Made by a program: the position numbers and the translations under genes. The notes under the pieces were generated by a model. That model was not told the origin of the DNA and searched no databases. It was given only the letters and a program-made list of their open reading frames with translations. Below are positions 38,043 to 51,360 of a DNA stretch of 64,000 nucleotides, in pieces; the stretch's first letter is position 1, and each line of letters starts with the position of its first letter. Source of the stretch: Octopus sinensis (taxonomy: Eukaryota); the NCBI RefSeq assembly GCF_006345805.1, contig NC_043018.1, positions 21,886,001-21,950,000 on the forward strand, in the 5' to 3' direction.

Positions 38043-38760
38043 ATCTAGATTGTTAAAACATTTGCTGCTTCTTATATTGGTTTGAGATCCCGAGTTCAAC
38101 TCTGATGGATGCCTCTACTTCATTACATGACTTGCAAGAAAAGCAGCAAAATCTCCTGACCTTCTTACAAAAGAAGACAAAGACAATGCAGTACATGGCC
38201 CTCTACATATTCTTTTTATGTTTTACTCGTTTCAGTCATTTGACTGTGGCCATGCTGGGGCACACACCTTCAAGGGTTTCAATTCAACAAATCAACCCCA
38301 GGACTTATTGCTAAGTCTGCTACTTGTTCTATCAGTCTCTTATGCCAAACTGCTAAGTTATAGGGATGTAAACATACCAAGACTGGTTGTCAAGTGGTGG
38401 TGGTGGTGGTGGTGGGCAACAAACAGACACACGTTTCGGTTTATGTCTACAAAAATCTACTCAGAAGGATTTCGTTGGCCTAAGGAATCACACAGGGAAA
38501 CCTGGACCCAGGGACCATGTATGTGGTTGAGAAAAAAAAAAATCTCCAGAAATTGTCACAGGATTTCACAATTAATTTTGATTATTCCCAAAATTTATTT
38601 CCAAGTTATAAAAATTGTTATCGTACAAAAAAATTTGTGGCAGAAAATCACATAATTAAAAAAAAAACCCTGTAAACAATCGCAGTAATGAAAACCTGTG
38701 AATCCAAAATTTCAGGATTGCCGGTCCAGATTCAGCCCAGAATGTTTTTAATTTACTCAC

Positions 38761-38816
38761 AGAGTCCACCTGATTCCAAAATGGTATATGTTGGGCTATG
38801 GCCTCTAGGTGTAAAG
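38761..38816 (-). CDS. Candidate internal exon, unidentified (xLHLEAIAQHIPFWNQVDS or xFTPRGHSPTYTILESGGL)
   Basis: CTTTTCCAG acceptor and TCT|GTGAGT donor, 56 nt, two frames open. Confidence 0.35.
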
Positions 38817-39036
38817 CTGGAAAAGTGTGACACATTGACTTTTGCATCTATTATATTATTCATCATCATCGTTTATATATATATATATATATATACACAC
38901 GCATATAAAAATAAGAGATGGTCACAGAATGGTGGGGTTGGACAGGAAACTATTTTAATATTGGCATTCACAATAGGAGCTAATATAGGTTAACCTTTTA
39001 GCATCTAGACCTTCTTCTGATGACAATCTATCTTAA

Positions 39037-39257
39037 CCCTTTCATTACTGTATTTATTTTGGGATGCTCTCCGTTTCTTTCAATTACTTTAAATATAACA
39101 AGGAATTTCGTAAAATAACTTAGTTATCATGAAGCTAGTGTTTGGAACATAAATTGTGACTAAGGTTTGGTGGAAGATTTTAATTCAAAACTTATGAAAA
39201 CAAGACATTAGTACTACAGAGCCAGAGCCGGTTTCAGCCAGGTTGGTAATGAAAGGG
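39037..39257. mobile_element. piggyBac-type MITE
   Basis: TTAA (39033-36) CCCTTTCATTAC ... GTAATGAAAGGG TTAA (39258-61): perfect 12-bp TIR with TTAA TSD. Confidence 0.9.
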
Positions 39258-40355
39258 TTAAGGTACCTTTTGTCCAATAATACAAAGTAAGCTATAAAAA
39301 AAACTTTCCATTTCATGTTAATCTTATAATCCAAACATCAACTTAATAATGACAAAATTATTTTAATAAATTCTTTGTTATTTTAAAAATTAAAAACAGT
39401 GAAATTCAACAGAAATATAACAAAAGGGTTAAACTGGGTGTATGGAGCTTAAGTATTCTACCAGTTTTATGTTAAAACTGGTCAGATCCAGCCTTTCACA
39501 CCAAACCTACAATGCCATTCTAAAAATAAACAAGAAGGGCACTCACAGACACCTTGAAGCTATGAAATAATGAGAATAAAGAAGTATTACATTTGAGAGA
39601 GTAATCTGAACATGAAAGGGTGAAAGAACTACCAACAACTAAATTTGTCTCTGGCTTCACAGATTTATTCGTCCGTTCAGTTAATGTCCACTTTTATATG
39701 CTCACATGGGTCAGATGAAATTTGTTGAGACAGATTTCCTACGGTCAAATACCCTTGCTAACCCTCACTTGTTTTTAAGCAAGGTAAATATTTCCCCAAA
39801 GTGAAGCATGTTTTCCATAGAAGACTGAAAACAAATAATCTTGTTTGTACGAAATAAACCTCATTTCTAGGCCTGTTTACTTTCATCAGGTGATGTCAAG
39901 ACACAGGTATACACAAACATACTCACCCACACACACACACACACACACACAAATATATGCAGCACGGAATTTTGTCAGTGAATAGGTCGCAGTCTCAAAG
40001 CAACGAAAATATTTTGACAAATTAAATTTATATGTTGAAGTGAATCTAACGGTTTTTGTGTGTTTCTTCAATGGCTTATAAACACCTTCCACGCTGCAAC
40101 TGTTTTCGTTCCAGCACACGATCTCAGATCAGGTCACTTGCTATGCAAGTACATCTCCGTAATATATTATGTATACCCTTTAAATTTGTTTACAGGAAAC
40201 TTTTTGAATATGCATATAAAAGCTTTGATTCTCTTATGCCAGCTACTGGCTAATGATGCCAACAGGCAATACCAATTTTTTGTGGGGTCGCACTGAGTTA
40301 TACCAATATAATGTAGGATAAATATGCTAATAATAATAATAATAATGATAATAAT

Positions 40356-40712
40356 AAGAGCTCTCAGAGAGCGCAAACCTTGGCCAAGGCAACACCAGTG
40401 TCTTCTTAACGATTAATCATGGATGATTTTTAAAATGAGAATACCTGAAATAAACTTGACTGCTCTCACAAAAGAGAATACTAAAAAATAACCCAACCGC
40501 TCTCAAAAATTAAGTAAAAGAACAGGAAAAATAATCAAGAATCCTAGTCCGGTACTGGATCAATCCCAAAATCTAATCAGTTTGTGCCGGTCATGAGGCC
40601 AACCAACCCTGAAAGTTTCATCCGAATCCATCCAGCGGTTCTTGAGATATCTTGTCCATGGACAAACAAACATGACTGAAAACAATACCTCCGCTTTCGC
40701 TAAGACGGAGGC
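40356..40712 (+). mobile_element. Non-autonomous element in (AAT)n, Helentron/HINE-like (inferred)
   Basis: AAGAGCTCTCAGAGAGC start, terminal hairpin CCTCCG...CGGAGG at 40688-40711, (AAT)n on both flanks. Confidence 0.45.
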
Positions 40713-40787
40713 AATAATAATAATAATAATAATAATAATCCTTAGTTATAAATTCCATATAAGGATTATTATTACTATATATATATT

Positions 40788-41204
40788 CTCTTTTACTCTT
40801 TTACTTGTTTCAGTCATTTGACTGCGGCCATGCTGGAGCACCGCCTTTAGTTGAGCAAATCGACCCCGGGACTTATTCTTTGTAAGCCCAGTACTTATTC
40901 TATCGGTCTCTATTGCCGAACCGCTAGGTGACGAGGACGTAAACACACCAGCATCGGTTGTCAAGCGATGCTAGGGGGACAAACACAGACACACAAACAT
41001 ACACGCACACACATATATATATATATATATATACATATATACGACAGGCTTCTTTCAGTTTCCGTCTACCAAATCCACTCACAAGGCATTGGTCGGCCCG
41101 GGGCTATAGTAGAAGACACTTGCCCAAGATGCCACGCAGTGGGACTGAACCCGGAACCATGTGGTTGGTTAGCAAGCTACTTACCACACAGCCACTCCTG
41201 CGCC
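40788..41204 (-). mobile_element. Family-B SINE, young full-length copy
   Basis: Reverse complement of 4389-4790 with most CpGs intact; (TA)n flanks. Confidence 0.9.
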
Positions 41205-41210
41205 TATATA

Positions 41211-41254
<44 letters not shown>

Positions 41255-42109
41255 GAAATTCACATCATAAGGGCACACGACTCTGCCCTTATGATATGAA
41301 TTTCAATCATATGGTTATTTAATGCTAATTTAGACCTGCAACTACTTATATATTATTATTGCTGTTATTATCAATTATTTATATTGCCCTCGATAATAAT
41401 ATCAATATAAGTATTCACTCCTGAATATTTGCTCCATATATATTATATATATACATACACACTTACATAAAATGTCATGTAGAAAGCACCCAGTACACTC
41501 TGCAAGTAGTTGGCATTAGGAAGGGCATCCAGCTGTAGAAATCAACCCCAAAACAGACTATGGAACCTGGTGCGGCCCCTGGCCTTGCTAGTTCCTGTTA
41601 AGCTACCCAACCCATGCCAGCATGGAAAATGGATGTTTAATGTTGATGATGATGCTTTAATATCCACATTTCCATGCTTACATGGGTAGGACATTATTTT
41701 TTTGAGGTGTAAAGTGACGAGCTGGCAAAAACATTAGCACGCTGGGTGAAGTGCTTAGCGGTATTTCGTCTGTCTTTACGTTCTGAGTTCAAATTCTGCT
41801 GAGGTTGTATTTTTGTCAGCCAGATGTCCTTCCTGTTGCCAATCCTCACCTGTTTCCAAGGAAGGTAATACTTCTCCATGACCAGACGTTTTTTTTTTCA
41901 CAGATTAGGAACAAAGGACACAATTTGTATGGTGACATTCGTTTCCAACTGTCATTTGATGTCAAGACATGGAAACAGTGAAACACACACACATGTATAT
42001 ATATCTGCTTCCTTCAATTTCCATCAGCCTGAGGCTCTAGTAGAAGACACTAGCTCCTGTGCGAGTTGGTGTATGTATATACATACATTGACTGCTAAAT
42101 CCAAAAGTT

Positions 42110-42275
42110 TTTTTTTTATTCTCTCTCTGTTTATTTCCTCATGTTCCTTTCTGCTGAAGAGTGTAGGCTCGAAATATAAAAGACTCTCGCATTCCTGAAC
42201 ATCAAACTAATACACCTGTTTGTTGTTTATATACCAGTCTTCGTCTTTTGTTTTCCTGTAAATTTTAACTCAATA
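42110..42275 (+). mobile_element. Second copy of the 33640-33815 hammerhead-like repeat
   Basis: 42147-42182 CTTT-CTGCTGA-A-GAGT-GTAG-GCTC-GAAA-TATA-AAAG. Confidence 0.55.
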
Positions 42276-42289
42276 TATACATATATATA

Positions 42290-42680
42290 TACTCTTTTAC
42301 TTGTTTCAGTCATTTGACTGCGGCCATGCTGGAGCACCACCTTTAATCGAGCAACTTGACCCCGGCACTTATTCTTTGTAAGCCCAGTACTTATTCTATC
42401 AGTCTCTTTTGCCGAACCGCTAAGTGACGGGGGACATAAACACACCAGCATCAGTCGTCAAGCAATGTTAGGGGGACAAACACAGACACACAAACACACA
42501 TGCACATATATATATATGAATATATACGACGGGGTTCTTTCAGTTTGTCTACCAAATCCACTCACAAGGCATTGGTCGGCCTGGGGCTACAGCAGAAGAC
42601 ACTTGCCCAAGATGCCACGCAGTGGAACTGAACCCGGAACCATGTGGTTGGTAAGCAAGCTACTTACCACATAGCCACTC
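42290..42680 (-). mobile_element. Family-B SINE
   Basis: Collinear with 40788-41204. Confidence 0.85.
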
Positions 42681-43102
42681 ATGATGGTCTTCTTTCAGTT
42701 TCTGTCTACTAAATCCACTTAAAAGGCTTTGGATGGCCCCGAGAGTTATAGAAGATACCTATCAAAGGTGCTGCACAGTGGGAACAAACCTACGAGTACA
42801 TGGAGGGGAAGCAAGCTTCTTAACTACACAACCATGCCTGCACCTTGTTAAAAAAAAAAATCATTAAAATGATTAAATACCAGTCACATACTGGGGACGG
42901 GTGGGGGTGGGGTGTCGTCTCAATCAATCGTCGCCCACTCACCCACCTACCCATTTCCCTATCCAAACGTGTGACCTGACCTTGTGACGCAGTCTGAAAT
43001 CAATATACCAGCATCGGCTGATATTTAATTAAGTAATTTCTATAATTTGCATTTGAAATATTTTTAGTTCACAGACACAGAGAGATGAACACAGATGAAT
43101 GC

Positions 43103-43138
<36 letters not shown>

Positions 43139-43254
43139 CATGAAAACAATACACTAATGCTTCTCGTGTACAAATATATATATATATACATACAAACACA
43201 TGTATGCCTATATGATTGTATATGTGTTAGTTATAAATGTATCATCGTTTTGTG

Positions 43255-43286
<32 letters not shown>

Positions 43287-43800
43287 AACGAAAAACAAAA
43301 ATATGGGGTTGAAGAAATATAAATGTGAAACAGTAAGACAATATCAAATAGAATGGAAAATATAAATAGTGGAAGAAAACTGTTTATATACACACACATC
43401 ACATTATATATATATATATATATACACACACAGCACATATAGATACATACATGTACATATATATATATGTGTATATATATATATATACACACACATCTAT
43501 ATTATTTATAAAAGAATTTGTATATGAATATCATAAATTAACTGTTTATACAAATACACCTACACACACATATATATACACCCACATACATCTATATTAT
43601 TCATGAAACAATTGGTAAATAAATATTTAAAATTGTTTTTACGTATATAGAGACATCTCTTTTAGAATCCAAACCTCTCTGAGCCAGCTGCGATACATTA
43701 TTTATTGGGATTGTGGATTCAAGCATGGACATATGCACTTTTCCCTGATATGAAAACAAGGATGTAGTGCAGTATATCATAATTTGGTCATACTGTAGCA

Positions 43801-44001
43801 CAGTGGTTTTCAAGCAGGGTTCCGCCAGTATAGTCCAGGGGTTCCGCAGGAAGTTACAAAACTGCTAAAATCGGCAGTAATTTTTAATTCTCCTGTGCAG
43901 ATATGTGTGCATAAGACTATTAAATTATTGCACAGGGGTTCCTCGAGCCAGTGGAATGTTTCCTTGGGGTTCCGCCCCAGCAAAAAGTTTGAAAGGCACT
44001 G
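43801..44001. mobile_element. hAT-type MITE
   Basis: CAGTGGTTTTCAA / TTGAAAGGCACTG TIRs; 8-bp TSD CTGTAGCA / CTGTAACA. Confidence 0.8.
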
Positions 44002-45817
44002 CTGTAACAGAATGGTATAATGTGTGCAATTTTGTTTCATAGTTCTCTTTTAAAACAGCTCTGAACTTTGGCCATGCTAGTGCAGCACCTAAAAGGGATT
44101 AGTTAAGCAAATCAACTCCAACACTTATTTTTTTTTTTAAATTCTGGTACTTATTTTATCAGACTCCTTCGCTGAACTGCTATGTTAGAGGGATGTAAAC
44201 AAACACCAATTGTCAAGTGGTGAAGGGAACAAATATTAAACAAACACATAACAGAAACCTACAAGGCTTGGTAAGTCTTCTGACTTGTCAGTTCCTGTGA
44301 AACTGTTAAGCATGGAAAATTAACATTCAATGATGAGGATGATTATACACACACAAGCTTCCTCACAGTTTCCATCTACCAAATCCAATCACAAGCCACT
44401 GGTTAGCCTGGAGCTCTGGCAGAAGACATTTGTCCAGGATGTTTCACAGAGGGACTGAAGACTTTACATCCTCTTTAGAACCAAACACTTCAGAAAAAAG
44501 TACAATTCCAAAAGAAATTAAGTAATCTTTGTGTTGCTCTATGAATTCCCCAAAAAAAACATTCAATCTTCCCTTCACTTGGAGGGAGGGAGAGAAAGAG
44601 AGAGAATCCCTTCACTGAGAGAAGAAATGGTAGTTCTCTGAATCTTTACCTCTTTATTCTTAAGCTTTGGCTAATTAGGTCATCAAGGTAACAGAAGCCG
44701 TCAACTACTACTAGGGAAACTTCCAAGTATTTAAGCCTTTTGATACTAACTTGCCTGAAACTGGCCTTAGTTCTCATACAAACTTCGCAACAACATGGCT
44801 TTGGTTTCAGTCCCCACTGCAAGGCAACTTAGATGTGTGTCTTCTACTAAAGCCCCTGAACAAACAAAGTCTTGTGAGCAGATTTGGTAGTGAGAAACTG
44901 AAAGAAACACATCATGTACGAGTGCATGCATGCATGTGTGTGTGTGTGTGTGAGTTGTAAATGAGTGCCACAGTCATATAAGCCACCTTTCATTTCCAAT
45001 CTTCTGCAAAAATATGTCTGGCCATGGGGAAATATTAGCTTGCTTCCTTGGGCAGTGACAGGAAGGATCTCCAAGTATAGAAAATCTGCCTCGATAAAAT
45101 CCATCTGACCCATGCAAGCATGACGAAATTAATTTTGAAATTGATGATGATGATGATTCAATGCTTTGCTTCCAAATTTGGAAGTGCTTTGCAAATTCTA
45201 CAGCTTCGTCCCTAAGAACAAGGTCATTGGCAAATAGAAGTTTCTATAGACACCCAGTCTCTAATTCCTTGAGGAACAGTAAATGGTCTAATGGCCATCT
45301 ACTTGAGTGTTAATTTCTTGCAGAACTTGTAAACAGTACAGCCACAATTAATTTACAAAATGACCACAATATTACAACAGAGTGTGTTATCCAAAGACCT
45401 CAACACGGCAAATAATGTTAGGCATAATATAGGGATATTTTCTAAGAACTTTTTTTATGAGGAAGGGGACATCAACTGTACCTTATTCAAGCAGAAACCC
45501 ATGCTGCATTTCATCTCAGTTGGCATCAGGATAAGCATCCGGTACAAAGATACTGTCTCAACGTTTCTTGAACAACCAATGCCAGCATGCAAAAACTGAA
45601 TATCAAAAACCAATGATTGCAATGAAACACATACGTGTGTGTGACGCCAATGAAATACACACACACACACATATATATCTTGGACCGACTGTATTTCTCC
45701 ATTTGATAATCTAAAGCCTGAAAGTGATGAGCTTCTGTTAGAGGCTTGCAAAACTTTAACTTAGGGGCCAAATCGAACTCAACTCTTTTAAATAATATAC
45801 ATACATATATATGTATA

Positions 45818-46181
45818 TCTACATACATAAAACAGTAAAATGTCTGTGAGCGTGTCCTTTAAACAAACCCGCAGTTTTTCAGTTAGAGGGTTCACACTTT
45901 CTATGGTCATTCAAAAACCGCCCAAGGGTGGTCGTGCACATCTTTACATTTCCTCAGTCACGCCGCAAAGCCATTAGAAAATCAATAGAAGTGACTTTTT
46001 TGTGAATTTTCTATCCAAAACCCAATCAAAATGCCCGAAACTTGATACGCCAATTGAATGCCAGCTTGCTGTATGGGATTGGTCGGAGATTTGGACAGTA
46101 CTCGCGCATATGTACGCACGCACGCAGCTGTATATGCATGCACTAGCACTATGACCTGGCATTGCCAGGTCATAGTGCTAG
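45818..46181 (+). mobile_element. Non-autonomous Helitron
   Basis: A|TC start (45817/45818), subterminal hairpin ACCTGGCA-T-TGCCAGGT, CTAG|T end (46178-46182), no TSD. Confidence 0.75.
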
Positions 46182-46726
46182 TGTATATATAACTATCAAC
46201 ATCATTCAATGTCTGTGCTTTATGCTGTTGTGGGTAAAACAGTTTAACAGGTTCTGATGGGTTCAAGAAAGCATTGTGCTCCATTGTCCACTATGAACAT
46301 AGTTTCTTTAAAACGGATGCCCTTCCTAACAACAAACACTTTACAAAGTGTATTGGGTGCTTTTCCATGGTACCAGCACTAGTGAGGTCACCTTGCAACT
46401 TGCAGATAATATATTATTATCCTTATCATCATCATCTTCACACCTGCTTTTTTTCAGGTAATTCTTATATGAGGAGGTGTGCTTCCTCTGGTTGATTCTC
46501 ATGTGTTTCCAAGTGAAGTACTAACTCCTCAGCGCTGTTAACTCATGACAGATGTAAACATTGACAATCATACACACAGTATATTTTGGCACTGTACAAG
46601 CAATGTGATGCCACTGGACCACACACAGACACACACACACACACACATGGTAGGCTTTCATACAGTTTCCACCCACAAGTCAGTAGACAGCTGCATGCAA
46701 TTTAAGACCTCTCCAGCTCACGATGC

Positions 46727-46891
46727 CCCATGGCAGGGACCCTAAACCACATGGTTGCAACAAGAACCCCTTAATGACAGAGTATGCTTGCATATATACA
46801 TCCATACACACACACACATATACACACACACATATACATACACACACATATACATACATACACACACATACATACATACACACACACATAT

Positions 46892-46923
<32 letters not shown>

Positions 46924-47000
46924 CCATGGCAGGGATCCTAAACCACATGGTTGCAACGAGAACCCTTAATGACGGAGTATGCCTGCATATATACAAACAT
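46727..47000 (+). repeat. Tandem duplication (period 196) of a ~65-bp segment between (CA)-rich tracts
   Basis: CCCATGGCAGGGA.CCTAAACCACATGGTTGCAAC at 46727 and 46923. Confidence 0.85.
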
Positions 47001-47325
47001 ACACACACATATACACACACACATATACATACATGCATATATACACACATACATACATACACACACATACACTCATACACACACACACATACATACACAC
47101 ACACATATACGCACACACGCACATATATATATACACATATACATACGTACACATACATGTATGTATAAATTATTAGCCAACAATGGAATATACTTCTCCT
47201 CCGTCTTCAATCAGTGAATATCCAACAACTGAGTTCAGAACAAAGCCAGCCACTAAGATCGATAATGTCCTACCCACCACCACCACCACCATCCACCACC
47301 GTCCCCACCCCCATCACCACACTCC

Positions 47326-47428
47326 CACCTCACACATTATTCAATATCTCCAATTTTTGGTTTCCACTCTCCCTCCACACCACTGCTTCCACCACACAAA
47401 CACAAAGTCTTGTCTGCCTCTCTCCCTA

Positions 47429-47474
<46 letters not shown>

Positions 47475-47583
47475 TCTCTTTAACAAGAACAACAACAACA
47501 ACTATACAAATTTGTTCTTCATCAAATTCTTGGTCTACAGACCACCTCTGAGTTGAACTCACCTTTGTTTTACCAATTTTATA
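47326..47583. repeat. Local duplication, copy 1 (copy 2 at ~49300-49570)
   Basis: Near-identical CATTATTCAATATCTCC...GAACTCACCTTTGTTTTACC in both, ~1.98 kb apart, direct orientation. Confidence 0.9.
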
Positions 47584-47612
47584 CAATTTCCCATTCTTTT
47601 CATATGCAAACA
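47563..47612 (-). CDS. Candidate internal exon, unidentified (xFAYEKNGKLYKIGKTK)
   Basis: TATAG acceptor, AAG|GTGAGT donor, 50 nt, phase 0 exit. Confidence 0.35.
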
Positions 47613-47767
47613 CTATAATATATATACATGTGTGTGTGTGTGTGTGTGTGCACATACATTTACATTTATATGTATATATTCTTTTACTGGTTTCAGTCAT
47701 TTGACTGCGGCCATGCTGAAGCACTGCCTTAATATCTATATACACATATACATATATGAAATATATG

Positions 47768-47798
<31 letters not shown>

Positions 47799-47800
47799 TG

Positions 47801-47833
<33 letters not shown>

Positions 47834-47941
47834 TAATATATATATAATATATATAATATATAGATATGATATATATATATATATAATATATAGAGAGAGA
47901 GAGAGATAATATATATATAATATATATAATATATAGATATG

Positions 47942-47976
<35 letters not shown>

Positions 47977-48760
47977 TAATATATATATATATAATATATA
48001 TATAATAATATATAGATATATATGATATATATATAATATATATATAGATATATATAATATATATAGATATATATAATATATAGATATATATATATATTAT
48101 ATATATATATATATTATATATATAATATATAGATATATATAATATATAGATATATATAATATAGATATATATATAATATATAGATATATATATATATAGA
48201 TATATATATAATATATAGATATAATATAATATATAGATATAATATATAGATATAATATAATATAGATATATATGATATATAGATATATATATATATATAA
48301 CATATAGATATATATATGATATATAGATATATATATAATATATAGATATATATGATATATAGATATATATATATATATAATATATAGATATATAATATAT
48401 ATATATATTTTTTTTTTTTTTTTCTGTTTCTACCAACCACATTCACTCAAAAGGCTTTGGTCAGCCTGGAACTGCATTAGCAAAGACTTGCCCAAGGTGC
48501 TGCATCTTCTAAAATAAGCTCATTAACCATATACCTGTGCCTGATGATTCTATATATACACACATACACATATATACACATGCACACATATATTTAAATT
48601 ACAAATGTTTGCTTGAACAAAATTAGTGTTCAAAGCAGTGAGTGAAATTATATATGAAATGGTACAGTTCTTTATTGATACAACAACATATCTCAAAGTG
48701 CCATATTCATTTTGTGGCAAACATTTGTAATGCGACAAACTTAACCTGTTCTTCTATTAG

Positions 48761-48851
48761 AATTACAAGAGTGAGAACACAACAAAACTACCCAATTATG
48801 CCTGCAGTTTACAGAACCTGCTACTGCTTTGGACACTGAATCAAGATCCCT
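48761..48851 (+). CDS. Candidate internal exon, unidentified (NYKSENTTKLPNYACSLQNLLLLWTLNQDP)
   Basis: CTGTTCTTCTATTAG acceptor, CCT|GTAAGA donor, one open frame. Conflicts in strand with neighbouring minus-strand candidates. Confidence 0.25.
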
Positions 48852-49903
48852 GTAAGATTTTGATTGTTACAAAAATGGTATGCAATATCGCCAGTTAAGT
48901 ATAGCTGAAAATAGTCTCATGCATAAAAGCCTTAATAAAACTGAAGAAAACTGTCTAAATGCTCGGAAATTTTTACGAGATGTTACCACATCAAGAACAT
49001 ACTGGAACAGTGAAAAAGGATTCCCCTCCTTTACTGAATGGATCAATATTTAACTATTAACCATGAGGAATAACACTGTCTCTTTTATTTCCTGTTTCAA
49101 AAGACACACATAAATTCATTCTGCTTTGCAATAATGTTCTAACTGATACCCTTATAACTTCCAACTCTTTGGCTTTCCGTACTCTCAATTCTATTTAGTC
49201 CCTTAATTTCACCCACACCACCTTTCTCCATCGTTTTATATGTTTTAGGTCCTCCTGAAGTTGTTAACCTTTATTTCCAACTACCCACAGAAAATAGCTC
49301 ACCTCATGCATTATTCAATATCTCCAATTTTTGGTTTCCACTCTCCCTCCACACCACTGCTTCCACCACACAAACACAAAGTCTTGTCTGCCTCTCTCCC
49401 TATCTGTCTGTCTGTCTGTCTATCTGCTCCTCTCTCTCTCTCTCTCTCTCAATCTCTCTCATAGTCTCTTTAACAAGAACAACAACAACTATACAAATTT
49501 GTACTTCATCAAATTCTTGGTCTACAGCCCACCTCTGAGTTGAACTCACCTTTGTTTTACCGATTATATAGCTTTTGAGTTATACCACTTACAACATTCT
49601 TTTGAGTTATACCACTTACAACATTCTTAAACCTATTAGGTACAGAAGGAATCTTTGAGAAAACAGCACACCAAATTTATCCAAGATATTTTCAGAGTAG
49701 ATTGAATTTGTCATTTGACAATGAATTGCGTTAAACTGAACATGAAACTTCAAGTTACAAAATATCAGTAATGGACTACAGCACGTGTGTGCGTTAATTT
49801 TCACTGGGAAAAAGATTGAGAGTGACTTCAAAATTTCAATTCAATATTCAACAATTTTCATAAATATACAAACATAAAAACTGATATATATATATATATA
49901 TAT

Positions 49904-50255
49904 CATCATCATCATCGTTTAACGTCCGTTCTCCATGCTAGCATGGGTTGGACGGTTCGACCGGGGATCTGGGAAGCCAGAAGGCTGCACCAGGCTCCAG
50001 TCTTATCTGGCAATGTTTCTACAGCTGGATGCCCTTCCTAACGCCAACCACTCCGTGAGTGTAGTGGGTGCTTTTTACGTGCTACCTGCACAGGTGCCAG
50101 GCGAGGCTGGCAACGGCCACGGTCGGATTGGTGTATTTTATGTGCCACCGGCACGGAAGCCAGTCGAGGCGGCGCTGGCATCGGCCACGAGTCGGATAGT
50201 GCTTTTTACGTACCACCAGACCAGGGATCCTGGCTGGTTCAATTCGATTTCGCTT
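49904..50255 (-). mobile_element. Family-C retroposon, young subfamily
   Basis: First ~170 bp essentially identical to 51361-51545 and 56229-56371; tail abuts (TA)n. Confidence 0.9.
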
Positions 50256-50281
50256 ATAAAACAGTATTTCTATAAGTTTAA

Positions 50282-50476
50282 GGGTTATAGCAATCACCAT
50301 GCAATGACTAAATTTGACAGAAACAGGGAGGCTAATTCGCTGGTGTAATTGTAACACACTTAGTCGTGCTACCAAAATGATGTGGGTTCAAATACTACGC
50401 AGATGGGAAAGCCTACTTATATGCCCCATTATTAAGACTATTTTCCTTAATGATTGCATGGTGATTGCTATGAGCT
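50282..50476. mobile_element. TTAA-flanked MITE-like element (Kolobok-like ends, inferred)
   Basis: 19-bp perfect inverted repeat ATAGCAATCACCATGCAAT (50287-50305 / 50453-50471); TTAA at 50278-81 and 50477-80; GG...CT termini. Confidence 0.55.
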
Positions 50477-51360
50477 TTAAGCATATATAAATACCATTAT
50501 TACTATTTACAGGATTGTAAAACTCAGCACCGTATAACAAAATCATTTGTACCAATATATATATATATATATATATATATGCATACACACACACATATAC
50601 ATAAATAGAAATACACACAAACTTAATTTCTTGGAAGCTGAAACTTCAAAACTTAATATTCTTAGCTTCTTCTTGCTGATAATCATCCAAAGACAGACAA
50701 GAGAGTCAGCGTAACATTATGTGAAGTATCATCTTCCAATAATTTATGCAAATATATTTTCTCTCTCTAGTTCATATACATAAATAAATATATGTATACA
50801 CACACACACATGTATGTTGTAACTGAAGTAGCTAAAACCATTTCATTGCAAACAACAGGATTTGGTATGAACACACAATTACAGCAGCCACTATAAAATG
50901 CACACAAACTCAACAAGAGGCAGTGGTGTATAGTCTGATACAGACATTGGTTGACTGATAGCTTGTGAGGAGAATTTGACAGGTGGAAACTTCCAGAGAA
51001 AAATGCCCCCTCTCCATAAATAAGGATCACTCAGTACAGTTGACAAAAATAAAGTAGCTTGCAGTATGATTATGGACAAAAAAAAATATGCTAAATATCA
51101 ATCAAAATAAATTCTTGGTTTATTGTAAAATGCCTTGCTTGGAGAGAAAATAAACAAACACCTACTGGCAAATGATAACCAACTCTGAATGAGAAGGGGA
51201 GATAATCTCTTGGAATCAAGAATTCTCATGAACTGAAATACTTTTAACTCTTTAACTGCAAAATTAAATTTTGTGATTATTCCAGTAATGATGTTAAACA
51301 TCTTTCAAAAAACAGGATTGGCATTTTCTGCTAGTTACACTCCCTCAATGACCTTGACAT

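Noticed and set aside
43666-43770. Exon on either strand (NPNLSEPAAIHYLLGLW... or GKVHMSMLESTIP...)
   Set aside because: Both strands have acceptors and open frames; cannot be decided without transcripts.
47563-47612. Naming the host gene as a myosin
   Set aside because: Rests on one 7-residue motif and an intron position; no P-loop, switch or IQ exons found, so no symbol is given.
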